Position numbers and translations under genes: made by a program. The notes beneath the pieces are model-generated. The model saw only the letters and a list, made by a program, of their open reading frames with translations, made no database searches and had not been told where the DNA came from. A stretch of DNA of 48,953 bases, taken from NCBI GenBank assembly GCA_041608595.1, contig JBFISJ010000001.1:1-48953 (forward strand), given 5' to 3'. This DNA comes from Nitrospiraceae bacterium. Lineage in GTDB: Bacteria > Nitrospirota > Nitrospiria > Nitrospirales > Nitrospiraceae. Shown here one piece after another: positions 1 through 10,299 of this stretch. The number at the start of each line of letters is the position of its first letter. The stretch's first letter is position 1.

Positions 1-1209
1 AGCGGCAAGATCCAGTTCCTCGTGATCCGAGACGGAACCGGAGATCTGCAGGCCGTCGTGAGCAAAGCTGCGGTTGGCGAGGACCTATTCGCCCAAGTGG
101 CAGGCTTGACGCAGGAATCCTCGCTCGTGGTCACCGGTCACGTGCGGGAGGACACGCGTGCACAGGGCGGCTGCGAGCTCGATGTGACGAAGGTCGAGAT
201 CGTGCAGCTCGCCGAGACTTTTCCCATCCAGCCGAAGGAGCACGGCGTCGGATTCCTGATGGAGCACCGCCACCTGTGGCTGCGGTCCAGCCGGCAACAC
301 GCGGTCCTGCGCATCAGGCATGAGATCATCCGGGCCAGCCGGAACTTTTTCGACGAGCAAGGCTTCGTGCTCGTGGACGCGCCTATCTTCACGCCCAACG
401 CCTGCGAGGGCACGACGACCCTGTTCCAGACGGACTATTTCGATCAGAAGGCGTACCTGACGCAGAGCGGACAGCTCTACGGCGAGGCCACAGCCGCCGC
501 GCTCGGCAAGGTCTATTGCTTCGGGCCGACCTTCAGGGCCGAGAAATCAAAGACCCGGCGACACCTCATGGAGTTCTGGATGGTCGAGCCGGAGATCGCC
601 TATGCCCAGCTTGCCGACGTGATGGACCTGGCCGAGTCCCTGGTCGCCACCGTGGTTGAACGCGTGATGAGCGCACGCCGGAAGGAGCTCGAGATTCTGG
701 AGCGTGATCTCACCAAGCTTGAATGCATCAAACGGCCCTTCCCCCGCATGACCTACGAGGAGGCCATCGCTCGGCTACAGCGAAAGGGCAACCCCATCCA
801 GCACGGGGACGATTTCGGGGGGGACGAAGAGACCATCCTGTCGCAGGAATTCGATCGGCCGGTGCTGATCCATCGGTACCCGGCGGCGATCAAGGCCTTC
901 TACATGCAGAACGACCCGGCGCGGCCGGACCTTGCACTCTGCGTGGACGTGCTTGCTCCGGAGGGCTATGGGGAGATCATTGGCGGCGGGCAGCGCATTC
1001 ACGAGCAGGACAAGCTTCTGGCGCGCATCCGCGATCACAAATTGCCGGAGGAGGCGTTCCGGTGGTACCTCGACCTCCGCCGGTATGGCTCCGTTCCGCA
1101 CGCAGGGTTCGGCATGGGTATTGAACGGGTGGTAGCGTGGATCTGCGGCATCGACCACGTCCGAGAAACCATTCCGTTCCCGCGCATGCTGTACACGCTC
1201 TATCCGTAA
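1..1209 (+). CDS. asnS: asparaginyl-tRNA synthetase, 5' end outside the window
   Basis: Frame 1 is open from base 1 ([14 protein letters not shown]..., OB-fold region). Class IIb aaRS motif 2 [21 protein letters not shown] and motif 3 [10 protein letters not shown] resemble AsnRS more than bacterial AspRS. Confidence 0.85.
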   Translation, partial: SGKIQFLVIRDGTGDLQAVVSKAAVGEDLFAQVAGLTQESSLVVTGHVREDTRAQGGCELDVTKVEIVQLAETFPIQPKEHGVGFLMEHRHLWLRSSRQHAVLRIRHEIIRASRNFFDEQGFVLVDAPIFTPNACEGTTTLFQTDYFDQKAYLTQSGQLYGEATAAALGKVYCFGPTFRAEKSKTRRHLMEFWMVEPEIAYAQLADVMDLAESLVATVVERVMSARRKELEILERDLTKLECIKRPFPRMTYEEAIARLQRKGNPIQHGDDFGGDEETILSQEFDRPVLIHRYPAAIKAFYMQNDPARPDLALCVDVLAPEGYGEIIGGGQRIHEQDKLLARIRDHKLPEEAFRWYLDLRRYGSVPHAGFGMGIERVVAWICGIDHVRETIPFPRMLYTLYP

Positions 1210-1494
1210 CTGCGTTCCCCGCACGCGACGTCCCTGAACGGCGGGGTCGCGAAACATGAGCACTGACTCTAGCACGGCAATCCTCCCAGTTTGGACCACC
1301 GCCCCGCGGTCTCCTCGCGGCGCCACTCTTATGAACCAGGCGTCCGTGCGGTGTCTGTGTGCGCTCGTCCGCCGAAGCGCGGGGTGGCCGGGCGTACCAC
1401 CATCAGGTGGTAGGCGGTCGCGCCACGAGCCCCAGGGGATGGGGGCTCCCTCGTCTAATTGGTTCAAATTGTTTGAGAAAGCCGGAGAATTTTG

Positions 1495-1522
1495 TTGACA
1501 AGGCTGAACCAAGTTGTATACT
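1495..1522 (+). promoter_or_regulatory. sigma70-type promoter candidate for the dcw operon (TTGACA-N16-TATACT)
   Basis: TTGACA at 1495-1500, a 16-nt spacer, then TATACT at 1517-1522, in an AT-enriched patch directly upstream of rsmH. Sequence match only. Confidence 0.5.
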
Positions 1523-1543
1523 TCGCCCAAAAAGTGGGAAAAA

Positions 1544-2494
1544 GTGGTAGACAATGATATCTGCTCGGAAAATCAGGGTGAATCTCATGTTCCAGTCCTC
1601 GCGAACGAGGTCATGACGTGGCTAGCCTGCGAGTCGGACCGGACCTACCTGGACTGCACGGTTGGATCGGGTGGTCTGGCCGCCCTCATCCTCGAGCGGA
1701 CGGCACCGGGCGGCCTTCTCATCGGACTCGATCGCGATGCGGAGGCCATCGCGCGGAGTCAGGGTCGGCTACAGGGCTTCGGATCGCGCGTTCGGCTCGT
1801 GAAGGGTAACTTCGGGGATCTGAAGCGGCATCTGGCAGAGGTGGGCGTCGTCGAGGTTCATGGGGTGATCTTCGATCTGGGTGTCTCCTCACCGCAACTC
1901 GACAGCCCGGCACGGGGATTCAGCTTCGCGGCGGACGGCCCGCTGGACATGCGCATGGATCAGTCCACCGGACCGACGGCCGCAGACCTGCTGTCCGAGT
2001 TGTCCGAGAGAGAGCTGGCCGACGTGATCTTTCGCCACGGGGAAGAACGATTCGCGCGTCGGATCGCGCGGGGCATCGCCACGGCGAGGCAGCGCCGGCC
2101 GCTGACCACGACCGGCGAGCTCGTCAGCGCCATCCGCCAATCGGTGCCCCCGGCCTATCGCCATGGCCGGATCCACTGCGCGACGCGCACGTTCCAGGCG
2201 CTCCGCATCGTGGTCAATCGTGAGCTGGATGGCCTCGACCAGGCCTTTCGCGACGCCGCGGAGGTCTTGGTTCCGGGGGGACGTGTCTGCATCATTTCCT
2301 TCCATTCGCTCGAGGATCGCATCGCCAAACGAACGCTCGCCGACCTCGCCCGCGGGCAGCAGCCGCTGCTCCGCATCTTAACCAAGAAACCGCAACGCGC
2401 CTCTGAGGCGGAGCGACACCGCAATCCACGCGCGCGGAGCGCCAAGTTGCGCGTGGCGGAGCGGTTGAAGGAGGGAGATCGTCTATGCGCCTGA
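1544..2494 (+). CDS. rsmH: 16S rRNA (cytosine1402-N4)-methyltransferase RsmH/MraW
   Basis: HVPVLANEV near the N-terminus, an SAM-binding region (DCTVGSGG, FDLGVSSPQLD) and the first position in a dcw cluster. The track start TTG 1514 lies inside the putative -10 box, so the in-frame GTG at 1544 is preferred; the start is uncertain. Confidence 0.9.
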   Translation: MVDNDICSENQGESHVPVLANEVMTWLACESDRTYLDCTVGSGGLAALILERTAPGGLLIGLDRDAEAIARSQGRLQGFGSRVRLVKGNFGDLKRHLAEVGVVEVHGVIFDLGVSSPQLDSPARGFSFAADGPLDMRMDQSTGPTAADLLSELSERELADVIFRHGEERFARRIARGIATARQRRPLTTTGELVSAIRQSVPPAYRHGRIHCATRTFQALRIVVNRELDGLDQAFRDAAEVLVPGGRVCIISFHSLEDRIAKRTLADLARGQQPLLRILTKKPQRASEAERHRNPRARSAKLRVAERLKEGDRLCA

Positions 2495-2817
2495 TCGCCG
2501 CGCTTGCAGTCATCAGCGTGCTGCTTCTCTATGTGTGGCAGCGCGTGGATCTGGTTCGCGTCGGATACGACATCCAGCAGCTCAAAGCTCGGCACACCGT
2601 GCTCCAGCGCGAGAACCACGAGCTCCGGGTGAAGGTGTCCGCGCTGACCTCGCCCGAGCGGATCGCCCGGCTTGCGACTGAGAAGCTGAACATGCGGCAA
2701 CCGCATCCAGGCGAGGTGGTCCTGGTGAGCCTCAACTCGGGGGCTCCGACCGACCAGCCGGTTCCCGCATTCGAGGTGCGGCTCGCCCGGCATGACGTCC
2801 TCGGAGCGGGCCGCTGA
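2485..2817 (+). CDS. ftsL: cell division protein FtsL
   Basis: 110-aa bitopic protein with one N-terminal TM helix followed by a coiled-coil (QQLKARHTVLQRENHELRVKV). It sits between rsmH and ftsI and overlaps both neighbours. Confidence 0.85.
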   Translation: MRLIAALAVISVLLLYVWQRVDLVRVGYDIQQLKARHTVLQRENHELRVKVSALTSPERIARLATEKLNMRQPHPGEVVLVSLNSGAPTDQPVPAFEVRLARHDVLGAGR

Positions 2818-4538
2818 TGGGGTCCAACCGCCCGCAGATCCGTCGGTGCCTCACGGCGGGCTGCCTGCTCGTCGGGTTCGCCTGCGTGCTGGTCCGGCTC
2901 GTCAATCTCCAAGTCCTCCAAGCGGCGGACCTTTCCGTCAAGGCGGAACGTCAGCACCGGAAGGTCATCACCGTGGACGGCACGCGTGGTTCGATCCTCG
3001 ACCGGCACGGCAAGATCCTGGCGATGAACGTGGAGGTGCCGTCGGTCTTCGGGATGCCGACCCAGGTCGACGATCCCTCACGCGTGGCCAGGCAAGTAGC
3101 CCCGGTCGTACGCCGTCCGGTCGCGGAGGTCCGGCGCAAGCTCGCCGGATCGCGCAGCTTTGTGTGGCTGGCGCGGAAATTGGATCCGGAACGTGGTCGC
3201 CAGCTCAAGCAAATCAAACCGGACGGCGTGGGAATGGTGATGGAGGGCCGCCGCTACTATCCCAAAGGGTCCCTGCTCTCGCACGTCCTCGGCTTCGCGG
3301 GGATGGACAATCTGGGGCTCGAAGGGTTGGAGCTCCAGTACGATTCGCACCTCCGCGGGAAGAAGCAGATGGTGATCGTCCAGCGGGATGCCATGGGCCG
3401 GCCCGTTTTTCCGCAGGAGTCGGCCGCGGTGCCCCCGTCGACCGGCCACAACGTGACGCTGACGATCGACGAGGTGGTGCAGTACATCGCCGAGAAGGAG
3501 CTCGGAGACGCCGTCGAGGAACACGACGCCAAGGGCGGCATGGTCATCGTCATGGAGCCACGGACCGGCGCCGTGCTGGCCATGGCCGTCAACCCCCGGT
3601 TCAATCTCAACGCCCTGCGCGGTCTGACCCCGTCTGATTGGCGAAACCGCGCTGTGACGGACGTCTACGAGCCCGGCTCCACAATGAAGATCTTCCTCGC
3701 GGCTGCCGCGCTCGAGGAGAAGGTCATGACGCCCAGCACGCTTGTGTATTGCGAGAACGGTCGCATGACCGTCGCCAACACCGTGCTCCACGACCACAAG
3801 GAGATGGGCTGGCTGACGTTCTCCCAGGTGATCGAGCGATCGAGCAACATCGGCTCCGTCAAGGCGGCGATGGCGGTCGGGGCTGAAGAGCTTTACCGGT
3901 ACTTGCGCGCCTTCGGTTTCGGGGACGGCACGGAGATTGACCTGCCCGGCGAATCGGCCGGTCTGGTCAAGGCCCCGCCGGCCTGGGGTCGGCGAACCCT
4001 GGCGTCGATGGCCATCGGCCAGGAGGTTGGGATCACGCCCATTCAATTGCTGGCCGCCACGGCCGCCGTGGCCAACGGCGGCTGGCTGATGAAACCCTAT
4101 GTCGTGGCGGAGATTCGCGACAGCGCGGGCCGAGTCACCTTCGAGGCGCCGCCGCGGGTCAGACGGCGGCCGGTGTCACGGGAGACGGTCCAGGTGCTGA
4201 ATCGGATGCTGGAGCGCGCCGTCGCCGACGGGACGGGCCGCGGGGCGTCGGTTCCCGGGTATCGCGTCGCCGGCAAAACGGGGACGGCACAGAAGATCGA
4301 TCCCGAGACCCGGGCCTATTCGGACACCCTCTTCATCGCGTCGTTTGTGGGATATGTGCCGGCGGAGGATCCCCGGCTGGCGATGCTGGTGATCCTCGAT
4401 GAGCCTCAAGGGGAGGCCTGGGGCGGTGTGGTCGCGGCGCCGGTGTTCCGGCGTATCGCCGAGCAGGTCTTGCCATACCTGGGGGTGATGACGCGGAGCC
4501 CGATCGAAGTGGCACAGCAACTCATTCCCGTCGGCTAG
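2817..4538 (+). CDS. ftsI: peptidoglycan D,D-transpeptidase FtsI (class B PBP, PBP3)
   Basis: N-terminal TM anchor and the transpeptidase motifs STMK (SxxK), SSN (SxN) and KTGT. The ATG overlaps the ftsL stop (TGATG). Confidence 0.93.
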   Translation: MGSNRPQIRRCLTAGCLLVGFACVLVRLVNLQVLQAADLSVKAERQHRKVITVDGTRGSILDRHGKILAMNVEVPSVFGMPTQVDDPSRVARQVAPVVRRPVAEVRRKLAGSRSFVWLARKLDPERGRQLKQIKPDGVGMVMEGRRYYPKGSLLSHVLGFAGMDNLGLEGLELQYDSHLRGKKQMVIVQRDAMGRPVFPQESAAVPPSTGHNVTLTIDEVVQYIAEKELGDAVEEHDAKGGMVIVMEPRTGAVLAMAVNPRFNLNALRGLTPSDWRNRAVTDVYEPGSTMKIFLAAAALEEKVMTPSTLVYCENGRMTVANTVLHDHKEMGWLTFSQVIERSSNIGSVKAAMAVGAEELYRYLRAFGFGDGTEIDLPGESAGLVKAPPAWGRRTLASMAIGQEVGITPIQLLAATAAVANGGWLMKPYVVAEIRDSAGRVTFEAPPRVRRRPVSRETVQVLNRMLERAVADGTGRGASVPGYRVAGKTGTAQKIDPETRAYSDTLFIASFVGYVPAEDPRLAMLVILDEPQGEAWGGVVAAPVFRRIAEQVLPYLGVMTRSPIEVAQQLIPVG

Positions 4539-4542
4539 GAGC

Positions 4543-6087
4543 ATGACGCTGCACAATCTCATCGCGTCCCTCGAGGGTCAGCTGGAGGTTCTCGACCGTC
4601 GCGGCGATCTGGGCGTCGAGATCGTCCACATCACGGACGATTCGAGGCGCATCCAGGCGGGCAGCCTGTTCGTCGCGCTCAAGGGCGGGCAGGTCGACGG
4701 CCACGAGTTTATCGCCAAGGCGGTGACCGGCGGCGCGGCCGGATTGATCGTCCAGCGAGACCTGGCGGCCTGCGCGCCGGCCGCCAGCCCGGCCGGCGGT
4801 GCCCAGGGGGTTCCCGCGGTGCGGGTCGCCGATACGCGCCGGGCGCTCGGCCTGCTCGCCGGTCGGCTGTACGGTGATCCGTCCGCGCGCCTGACCATGA
4901 TCGGCGTGACGGGGACAAACGGAAAAACGACCGTCACCTATCTCTGCCGCGGCATCCTTCAGGCGGCGGGGAAACAGGTCGGGTTGATTGGCACCGTCGC
5001 CTATTTGATCGGCGCGGAGCGGCTCCCGGCGGCGCACACGACACCCGAGGCGGCAGAGTTTCAGCTCCTGCTCAAAAAGATGGTGGACGCGAATATGGAT
5101 GCCGTGGTCATGGAAGTTTCGTCCCATGCGCTCGCGCTGGACCGCACGATCGGCTGCGAGTTCGACGTCGCGGTCTATACCAACCTGACGCAGGACCACT
5201 TGGATTTCCACGCCGACATGGACGAGTACTTTCAGACCAAGCTCAGGCTCTTCACCCAGCTCGGCGCGCTGGGCAGCAAGCGCAGCCCGAAACGCGCGAT
5301 CGTCAATGTCGACGATCCCCAGGGCGACCGCGTGCGCGACGCCTGCTCGGTTCCGGTCTGGACCTATGCCATCCGATCGCCCTCGGACATCCGCGCGGAG
5401 CAGGTGGAGCTCCGTCTGGACGGCACGCGCTTTGTCGCGGCAACGCCAAAGGGGCGCTTCGAAGTGACCAGCCGCTTGGTCGGTGAGCACAACGTGTACA
5501 ACCTCCTGGCCGCGATCGGTGTCGGGCTTCACCAGGGCCTGTCCCCGGAAGCCATCCAGCGCGGAATTCAGGCGGTGCCCAATATCCCCGGGCGTTTCGA
5601 GCGTGTCGAGGCCGGGCAGGATTTCACGGTCGTCGTCGACTACGCGCATACCGAGGATGCGCTGGTCCGGTTGCTCGCGGCCGCGCAGACCCTGAAGACC
5701 GGTCGCATCATTACAGTGGTCGGGTGCGGCGGCGATCGCGATCGGGGCAAGCGGCCGAAGATGGGACGGGCGGCGGCAGTGGGGAGCGACGTCGTCTTTC
5801 TGACCTCGGACAACCCGAGGTCCGAGGACCCGCGGGCGATCTTGCAGGAAGTCGAGGCAGGTGTGCGGGACGCCGTGGGCCGCAAGGAGACGGCGCAGGG
5901 ATTTCGCTACGAAGTCCTGCCGGACCGTCGCCGGGCGATCGAGGCGGCCGTGCAGGAGGCCAAGACAGGGGACATCGTCCTCATCGCCGGCAAGGGCCAC
6001 GAGGATTACCAGATCGTCGGCACGCAACGCCTCCATTTCGATGATCGCGAGGTCGCGCGGGCCGCGCTCAAGTTGGTGAGGTCGTGA
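4543..6087 (+). CDS. murE: UDP-MurNAc-L-Ala-D-Glu:meso-diaminopimelate ligase
   Basis: Mur ligase P-loop GVTGTNGKTT and the DNPR motif (TSDNPRSEDP), which is typical of meso-DAP-adding MurE. Confidence 0.95.
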   Translation: MTLHNLIASLEGQLEVLDRRGDLGVEIVHITDDSRRIQAGSLFVALKGGQVDGHEFIAKAVTGGAAGLIVQRDLAACAPAASPAGGAQGVPAVRVADTRRALGLLAGRLYGDPSARLTMIGVTGTNGKTTVTYLCRGILQAAGKQVGLIGTVAYLIGAERLPAAHTTPEAAEFQLLLKKMVDANMDAVVMEVSSHALALDRTIGCEFDVAVYTNLTQDHLDFHADMDEYFQTKLRLFTQLGALGSKRSPKRAIVNVDDPQGDRVRDACSVPVWTYAIRSPSDIRAEQVELRLDGTRFVAATPKGRFEVTSRLVGEHNVYNLLAAIGVGLHQGLSPEAIQRGIQAVPNIPGRFERVEAGQDFTVVVDYAHTEDALVRLLAAAQTLKTGRIITVVGCGGDRDRGKRPKMGRAAAVGSDVVFLTSDNPRSEDPRAILQEVEAGVRDAVGRKETAQGFRYEVLPDRRRAIEAAVQEAKTGDIVLIAGKGHEDYQIVGTQRLHFDDREVARAALKLVRS

Positions 6088-6131
6088 CCGCATTGCGGCC
6101 TGCGCGGTCCGGCACCGCATCGGAGCCATTC

Positions 6132-7532
6132 ATGCCGCTCTTTTCGTTCGAGGAGATCGTCAAGGTGACTGGCGCCCGCGAGCTGTCCGGGGGTCCGCCG
6201 GCTCGCCGCGCCATCCGCCGCCTCTGCACGGACTCCCGCGACGTCCGATCGGGGGATCTGTTTCTGGCCCTGGCCGGCGAGCGGTTCGACGGTCACCGCT
6301 TCGTGGCCGCCGCACTCCGCCGGGGAGCGCTTGGAGCCCTGGTACAACAGGGGGCAACGCTGGAGCCCCGACCGACGGGCCGGGCCTGGCTGCTGGCAGT
6401 GCCCGATACCCTGCGCGCCTATCAGGACCTTGCGACCCATCACCGGCGGCGCTTTGCGATTCCCATCGTTGCCGTCACGGGGAGCAACGGGAAGACGACC
6501 ACCAAGGACATGATCGCGGACGTCCTGATGCAGCGCGGGAGGACGCTCAAGACCGAGGGCAATCTTAACAATCGCATCGGGGTGCCCCACACGCTGCTCA
6601 GGTTGCAGGCAGGACATCGGGCGGCGGTCATCGAGATGGGGGTCGACCATCCGGGGCAAACCACGCGGCTCTGCGAGATCGCCCAGCCCACCGTGGGGAT
6701 CATCACCAATATCGGTCCGGATCATCTCGAGTTCTTCGGCACCCTGGAGACATCCGCCCGCGCGAAGGGCGAGCTGATCGACTTCATCCAGGCGGATGGA
6801 GCCCTCGTGCTCAACGCGGACGACGAGTTCTTCGGAACGCTCGCGGCGCGCGCGTCCGGTCGCGTCGTGTCGTTTGGGCTGTCGGACGAGGCCCAGGTGC
6901 GCGCCGTCGACGTGGCGCACGATGCGCGGCGCGGCATGACGTTCCGGCTGGTGCTGCCGGGGCGCGCGGGCAGCGTCCACATAACGCTGCCCGCCCATGG
7001 CCTGCACAACCTCTCCAACGCTCTTGGCGCGGCGGCGGTGGGCCATGCGCTCGGGGTCAGCGCGGCCGCGATCGTAGAAGGCTTGGCGCGGTTCAAGCCC
7101 GCCGCCATGCGGTCGCAGGTCATCACCATGCGCGGCGTGCGGGTCGTGGACGACTGTTACAACGCGAACCCCGCCTCGATGCAGGTCGCGATCGATCTGC
7201 TCGTTGCCTTGGCGAGCTCGGGCCGCAGCATCGCCGTCCTCGGTGACATGCTGGAGCTGGGACCGGAGACCCAGGCGTTTCACCGCAAGGTAGGTACCTA
7301 TGTGGGGCAACGGCGTGTGTCCGAGTTGATCGTCGTGGGCGCGCTCGGCCGGGCGATCGCGGAGGGCGCGCGCGCCGCCGGGACGCGCAGCGACCAGATC
7401 CATCAGGCCGCTGATGCCCGAGAAGCCGGCCTGCTCGCCACCCGTCTCGCGCGCAAGGGAGATGTCGTGCTTGTGAAGGCCTCGCGGGCGATGCGCCTGG
7501 AAACCGTGGTGGAGGCGCTCCGGCAGCGATGA
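6132..7532 (+). CDS. murF: UDP-MurNAc-tripeptide:D-Ala-D-Ala ligase
   Basis: Mur ligase P-loop VTGSNGKTTTKDM in dcw position. The ATG at 6132 has a GGAG 6 nt upstream. The alternative GTG at 6084 overlaps the murE stop (GTGA) and cannot be excluded. Confidence 0.9.
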   Translation: MPLFSFEEIVKVTGARELSGGPPARRAIRRLCTDSRDVRSGDLFLALAGERFDGHRFVAAALRRGALGALVQQGATLEPRPTGRAWLLAVPDTLRAYQDLATHHRRRFAIPIVAVTGSNGKTTTKDMIADVLMQRGRTLKTEGNLNNRIGVPHTLLRLQAGHRAAVIEMGVDHPGQTTRLCEIAQPTVGIITNIGPDHLEFFGTLETSARAKGELIDFIQADGALVLNADDEFFGTLAARASGRVVSFGLSDEAQVRAVDVAHDARRGMTFRLVLPGRAGSVHITLPAHGLHNLSNALGAAAVGHALGVSAAAIVEGLARFKPAAMRSQVITMRGVRVVDDCYNANPASMQVAIDLLVALASSGRSIAVLGDMLELGPETQAFHRKVGTYVGQRRVSELIVVGALGRAIAEGARAAGTRSDQIHQAADAREAGLLATRLARKGDVVLVKASRAMRLETVVEALRQR

Positions 7533-7570
7533 CAGAACGAGTTCGTGTAGCCAGGGGATAATCGAAGGCG

Positions 7571-8647
7571 ATGCTCTATATCTGGCTGTATCCGCTGCAC
7601 ACCGAGTTCCAGATCTTCAATGTCTTTCGGTATCTCAGTTTCCGGATCATCTACGCGGCGGTGACCGCGTTCCTGGTGGCCTTCGTGCTGGCGCCGGCGC
7701 TGATCCGGAAGCTGCAGGAGATGCGGCTGGGGCAGCGGGTGCGCGATGACGGGCCGAGCCGTCACCTCACCAAGACCGGGACGCCTACGATGGGGGGCCT
7801 GCTTATCCTCTTCGCCGTGCTCCTGTCCACGTTTCTCTGGGCGAACATCACCAATCGCTATGTCTGGCTCGTGATGTTCGCCACCTTGATGTTCGGTCTC
7901 ATCGGATTTGCCGATGATTACCTAAAGTTTCGCAAGGGGCAGTCGCGCGGGCTCTATGCCTGGCAGAAGCTCCTAGGACAGGGCCTGCTCGCACTGGGCA
8001 TCGCGCTTTTCCTGTTCACCCAGGTGGATTATTCCACGCAGCTCAGTGTCCCGTTCTTCAAGGATTTCACGCCCGACCTTGGAGCCGTGTACGTGCTCTT
8101 TGCCGTGCTCGTCATCGTCGGAAGCTCGAATGCCGTCAACCTGACGGATGGGCTCGACGGGCTCGCCGTCGGTCCCGTCATGATCGCCTCGATCGCTTAT
8201 ACCATCGTGGCCTACGTTGCAGGCAACCGCATCATTTCAGACTACCTGCTGATCCCCTACATCGAAGGTGCGGGCGAGGTGGCGGTCTTCACCGCGGCGA
8301 TCTTCGGCGCGAGCCTCGGCTTTCTCTGGTTCAACACGTACCCGGCCTCCGTCTTCATGGGTGACGTGGGCTCGCTACCCTTGGGCGCTGCGCTGGGAAC
8401 CGTCGCGGTCATCAGCAAGCACGAATTGCTGCTGCTGTTGGTGGGCGGCGTCTTCGTCATCGAGGCCATCTCGGTGATCTTCCAGGTGCTCTCGTTCAAG
8501 TCGAGGGGCAAACGGATCTTCTTGATGGCGCCGATCCATCATCATTTTGAGATGAAGGGCTGGGAGGAGCCGAAGGTGGTCGTGCGCCTCTGGATCATCG
8601 CGATCCTGCTGGCGCTCCTGAGCCTCAGCACGCTCAAGCTCAGGTAG
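7571..8647 (+). CDS. mraY: phospho-N-acetylmuramoyl-pentapeptide transferase
   Basis: 358-aa polytopic membrane protein with the MraY signatures [13 protein letters not shown] and [14 protein letters not shown] and a HHHFE motif. Confidence 0.95.
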   Translation: MLYIWLYPLHTEFQIFNVFRYLSFRIIYAAVTAFLVAFVLAPALIRKLQEMRLGQRVRDDGPSRHLTKTGTPTMGGLLILFAVLLSTFLWANITNRYVWLVMFATLMFGLIGFADDYLKFRKGQSRGLYAWQKLLGQGLLALGIALFLFTQVDYSTQLSVPFFKDFTPDLGAVYVLFAVLVIVGSSNAVNLTDGLDGLAVGPVMIASIAYTIVAYVAGNRIISDYLLIPYIEGAGEVAVFTAAIFGASLGFLWFNTYPASVFMGDVGSLPLGAALGTVAVISKHELLLLLVGGVFVIEAISVIFQVLSFKSRGKRIFLMAPIHHHFEMKGWEEPKVVVRLWIIAILLALLSLSTLKLR

Positions 8648-8787
8648 GGCACGGACCGAGCGGCAAGGGGCAAGGAAATACCGTGAAAGGTCAGGGCTCA
8701 GGGGTCATTCAGCAAGAATCGGAAGACGATCATGCCACGCGTCCCACTGTTCGCCACCCCTTCACCTCGCGCTCAGGTGCAGGATTG

Positions 8788-10179
8788 ATGGATGTCAAGG
8801 GTAGGCAGATCACCGTGCTCGGTGTGGGTCGGAGCGGGGTGGGCGCGGCGCGGCTGCTGCAGACCCTTGGGGCGCAGGTGACAGTGGCCGATCGACAGGA
8901 CGAAGCCGAGCTGGCCTCGATGCTCGACCAGCTTGATCGTCGCGCGGTGCGGGTCGTGACGGGATCGGCCTACGATCGTGCCCTCGAGGGGGCAGACGTG
9001 ATCGTGATCAGCCCCGGGGTGCCCTCAGGCCTGGAGATGCTCGACCGGGCGCGGCGGCGCGGTGTGCCGGTGATCGGTGAGCTGGAGCTCGCGTCCGCCC
9101 ATGTCCGCGCGCCCGTGATCGCCGTGACGGGGACGAATGGCAAGAGCACCACAGTCACGTTGCTCGGCAAGATGCTGGAGGAGGGTGGGATTCGCGCGTT
9201 TGTCGGGGGCAATCTGGGGACGCCGCTCTCGGAGGCGGCGCTGGCCGATCTGCAAACCCGTGCAAAGGGTGCGCAGGAGAGTCCGTACCGGCTCGTTGTG
9301 ACCGAGGTCTCCAGCTTTCAGCTCGAAACGATTGCGCGCTTTCATCCCTGGGTCGCCGCCGTCTTGAACATCTCGCGGGACCACATGGATCGCTACCCAA
9401 GCGTGGATGCCTACACGGCAGCCAAGGCGCGGATCTTCATGAACCAAGACGATGGCGATTACGCCTTGCTCAATCAGGATGACGTGGCGTGGAGTCTTCG
9501 TCGGACGACGCGCGCCTCGCTGCTGGGATTCAGCCTGACGCAGGGGCTCGCGCCAGAGGTGTCCGGTGGCGCCTATCTCAAAGACAGGATGATTCGGATC
9601 AGGCTGCACCATACGGAGGAGGACCTGTGTCGCGTCGACGAGGTGGCTGCCGCTGGAATCCACAACCGCGCCAACGTGATGGCGGCCGCGACACTGGCCC
9701 GCCTCTCCGGATGTGCCGCCTCGGCGGTGCGCGAGGTGGCCCGTACGTTTACCGGCTTGGACCACGCGATGCAGCCGGTACGACAGCGTCGCGGGGTGCG
9801 GTTCATCGACGACTCGAAGGCGACGAATGTCGACGCCACGTTGAAAGCGCTGGAAAGCGTCGAGGCTCCCATCGTGCTCATCGCCGGCGGGCGCGACAAG
9901 GGTGCTGACTTCCGACCATTACGTGACGCCGTGATGCGAAGGGTGAAGCTCCTGGTTCTTCTCGGAGAGGCGGCCCCGCGTCTCGAGCAGGTGTGGAAGC
10001 CGTTCGATCGAGTGCAGCACGTGCGCTCCCTCGCGGAGGCGGTCGAGGTGGCCGGCGAGCACGCCGCAGCGGGTGACGTGGTGCTGCTCTCTCCGGCCTG
10101 CGCCAGCTTCGACATGTTCACGGACTATCAGGACCGGGGGCGGCAGTTTACCGCTCTGGTGAAGGCCCTACCGGAGTAG
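8788..10179 (+). CDS. murD: UDP-MurNAc-L-Ala:D-Glu ligase
   Basis: N-terminal Rossmann region [15 protein letters not shown] and P-loop [10 protein letters not shown]. The ATG at 8788 ([12 protein letters not shown]) fits typical MurD N-termini; the track start GTG 8683 would add 35 unconserved residues. Confidence 0.9.
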   Translation: MDVKGRQITVLGVGRSGVGAARLLQTLGAQVTVADRQDEAELASMLDQLDRRAVRVVTGSAYDRALEGADVIVISPGVPSGLEMLDRARRRGVPVIGELELASAHVRAPVIAVTGTNGKSTTVTLLGKMLEEGGIRAFVGGNLGTPLSEAALADLQTRAKGAQESPYRLVVTEVSSFQLETIARFHPWVAAVLNISRDHMDRYPSVDAYTAAKARIFMNQDDGDYALLNQDDVAWSLRRTTRASLLGFSLTQGLAPEVSGGAYLKDRMIRIRLHHTEEDLCRVDEVAAAGIHNRANVMAAATLARLSGCAASAVREVARTFTGLDHAMQPVRQRRGVRFIDDSKATNVDATLKALESVEAPIVLIAGGRDKGADFRPLRDAVMRRVKLLVLLGEAAPRLEQVWKPFDRVQHVRSLAEAVEVAGEHAAAGDVVLLSPACASFDMFTDYQDRGRQFTALVKALPE

Positions 10180-10184
10180 GGCCC

Positions 10185-10258
10185 GGTAACTAGGTAAGTG
10201 GGTAACTGGGTAATGAGGTGAGTCCGTAATTACCTGATTACCCACTTACCCAAATACC
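10185..10258. repeat. GGTAA/TTACC-rich imperfect palindrome, copy 1 of a two-copy intergenic family
   Basis: GGTAAGTGGGTAA (10193-10205) is the exact reverse complement of TTACCCACTTACC (10238-10250), and the flanking bases extend the hairpin. The right arm ...CACTTACCCAAATACC matches copy 2 (...GACTTACCCAATTACC). Confidence 0.75.
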
Positions 10259-10299
10259 AAACAACACGTCGTCTTACGTTGAGATCGAGGAGGCCATGC

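Noticed and set aside
4522-6129. 535-aa minus-strand ORF antisense to murE. Similar long antisense or out-of-frame ORFs: 775..1554(-), 3078..4046(-), 6006..7403(-), 17190..18359(-), 27969..28961(-), 40419..41978(-), 46035..47294(+) and 47234..48148(-).
   Set aside because: Each lies opposite or out of frame to a gene with unambiguous conserved motifs. Their products are Arg/Ala/Pro/Gly-rich, as expected for stop-poor alternative frames in high-GC DNA. They share the third-position GC of the real gene.
8683-8704. GTGAAAGGTCAGG motif upstream of murD, resembling GTGAAAAGTCAGG at 12614-12626 (end of murG); a possible third repeat family.
   Set aside because: The similarity covers only about 12-13 nt with an indel. 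Chance matches of that length are expected many times in 49 kb, and there is no palindromic structure or extended similarity.
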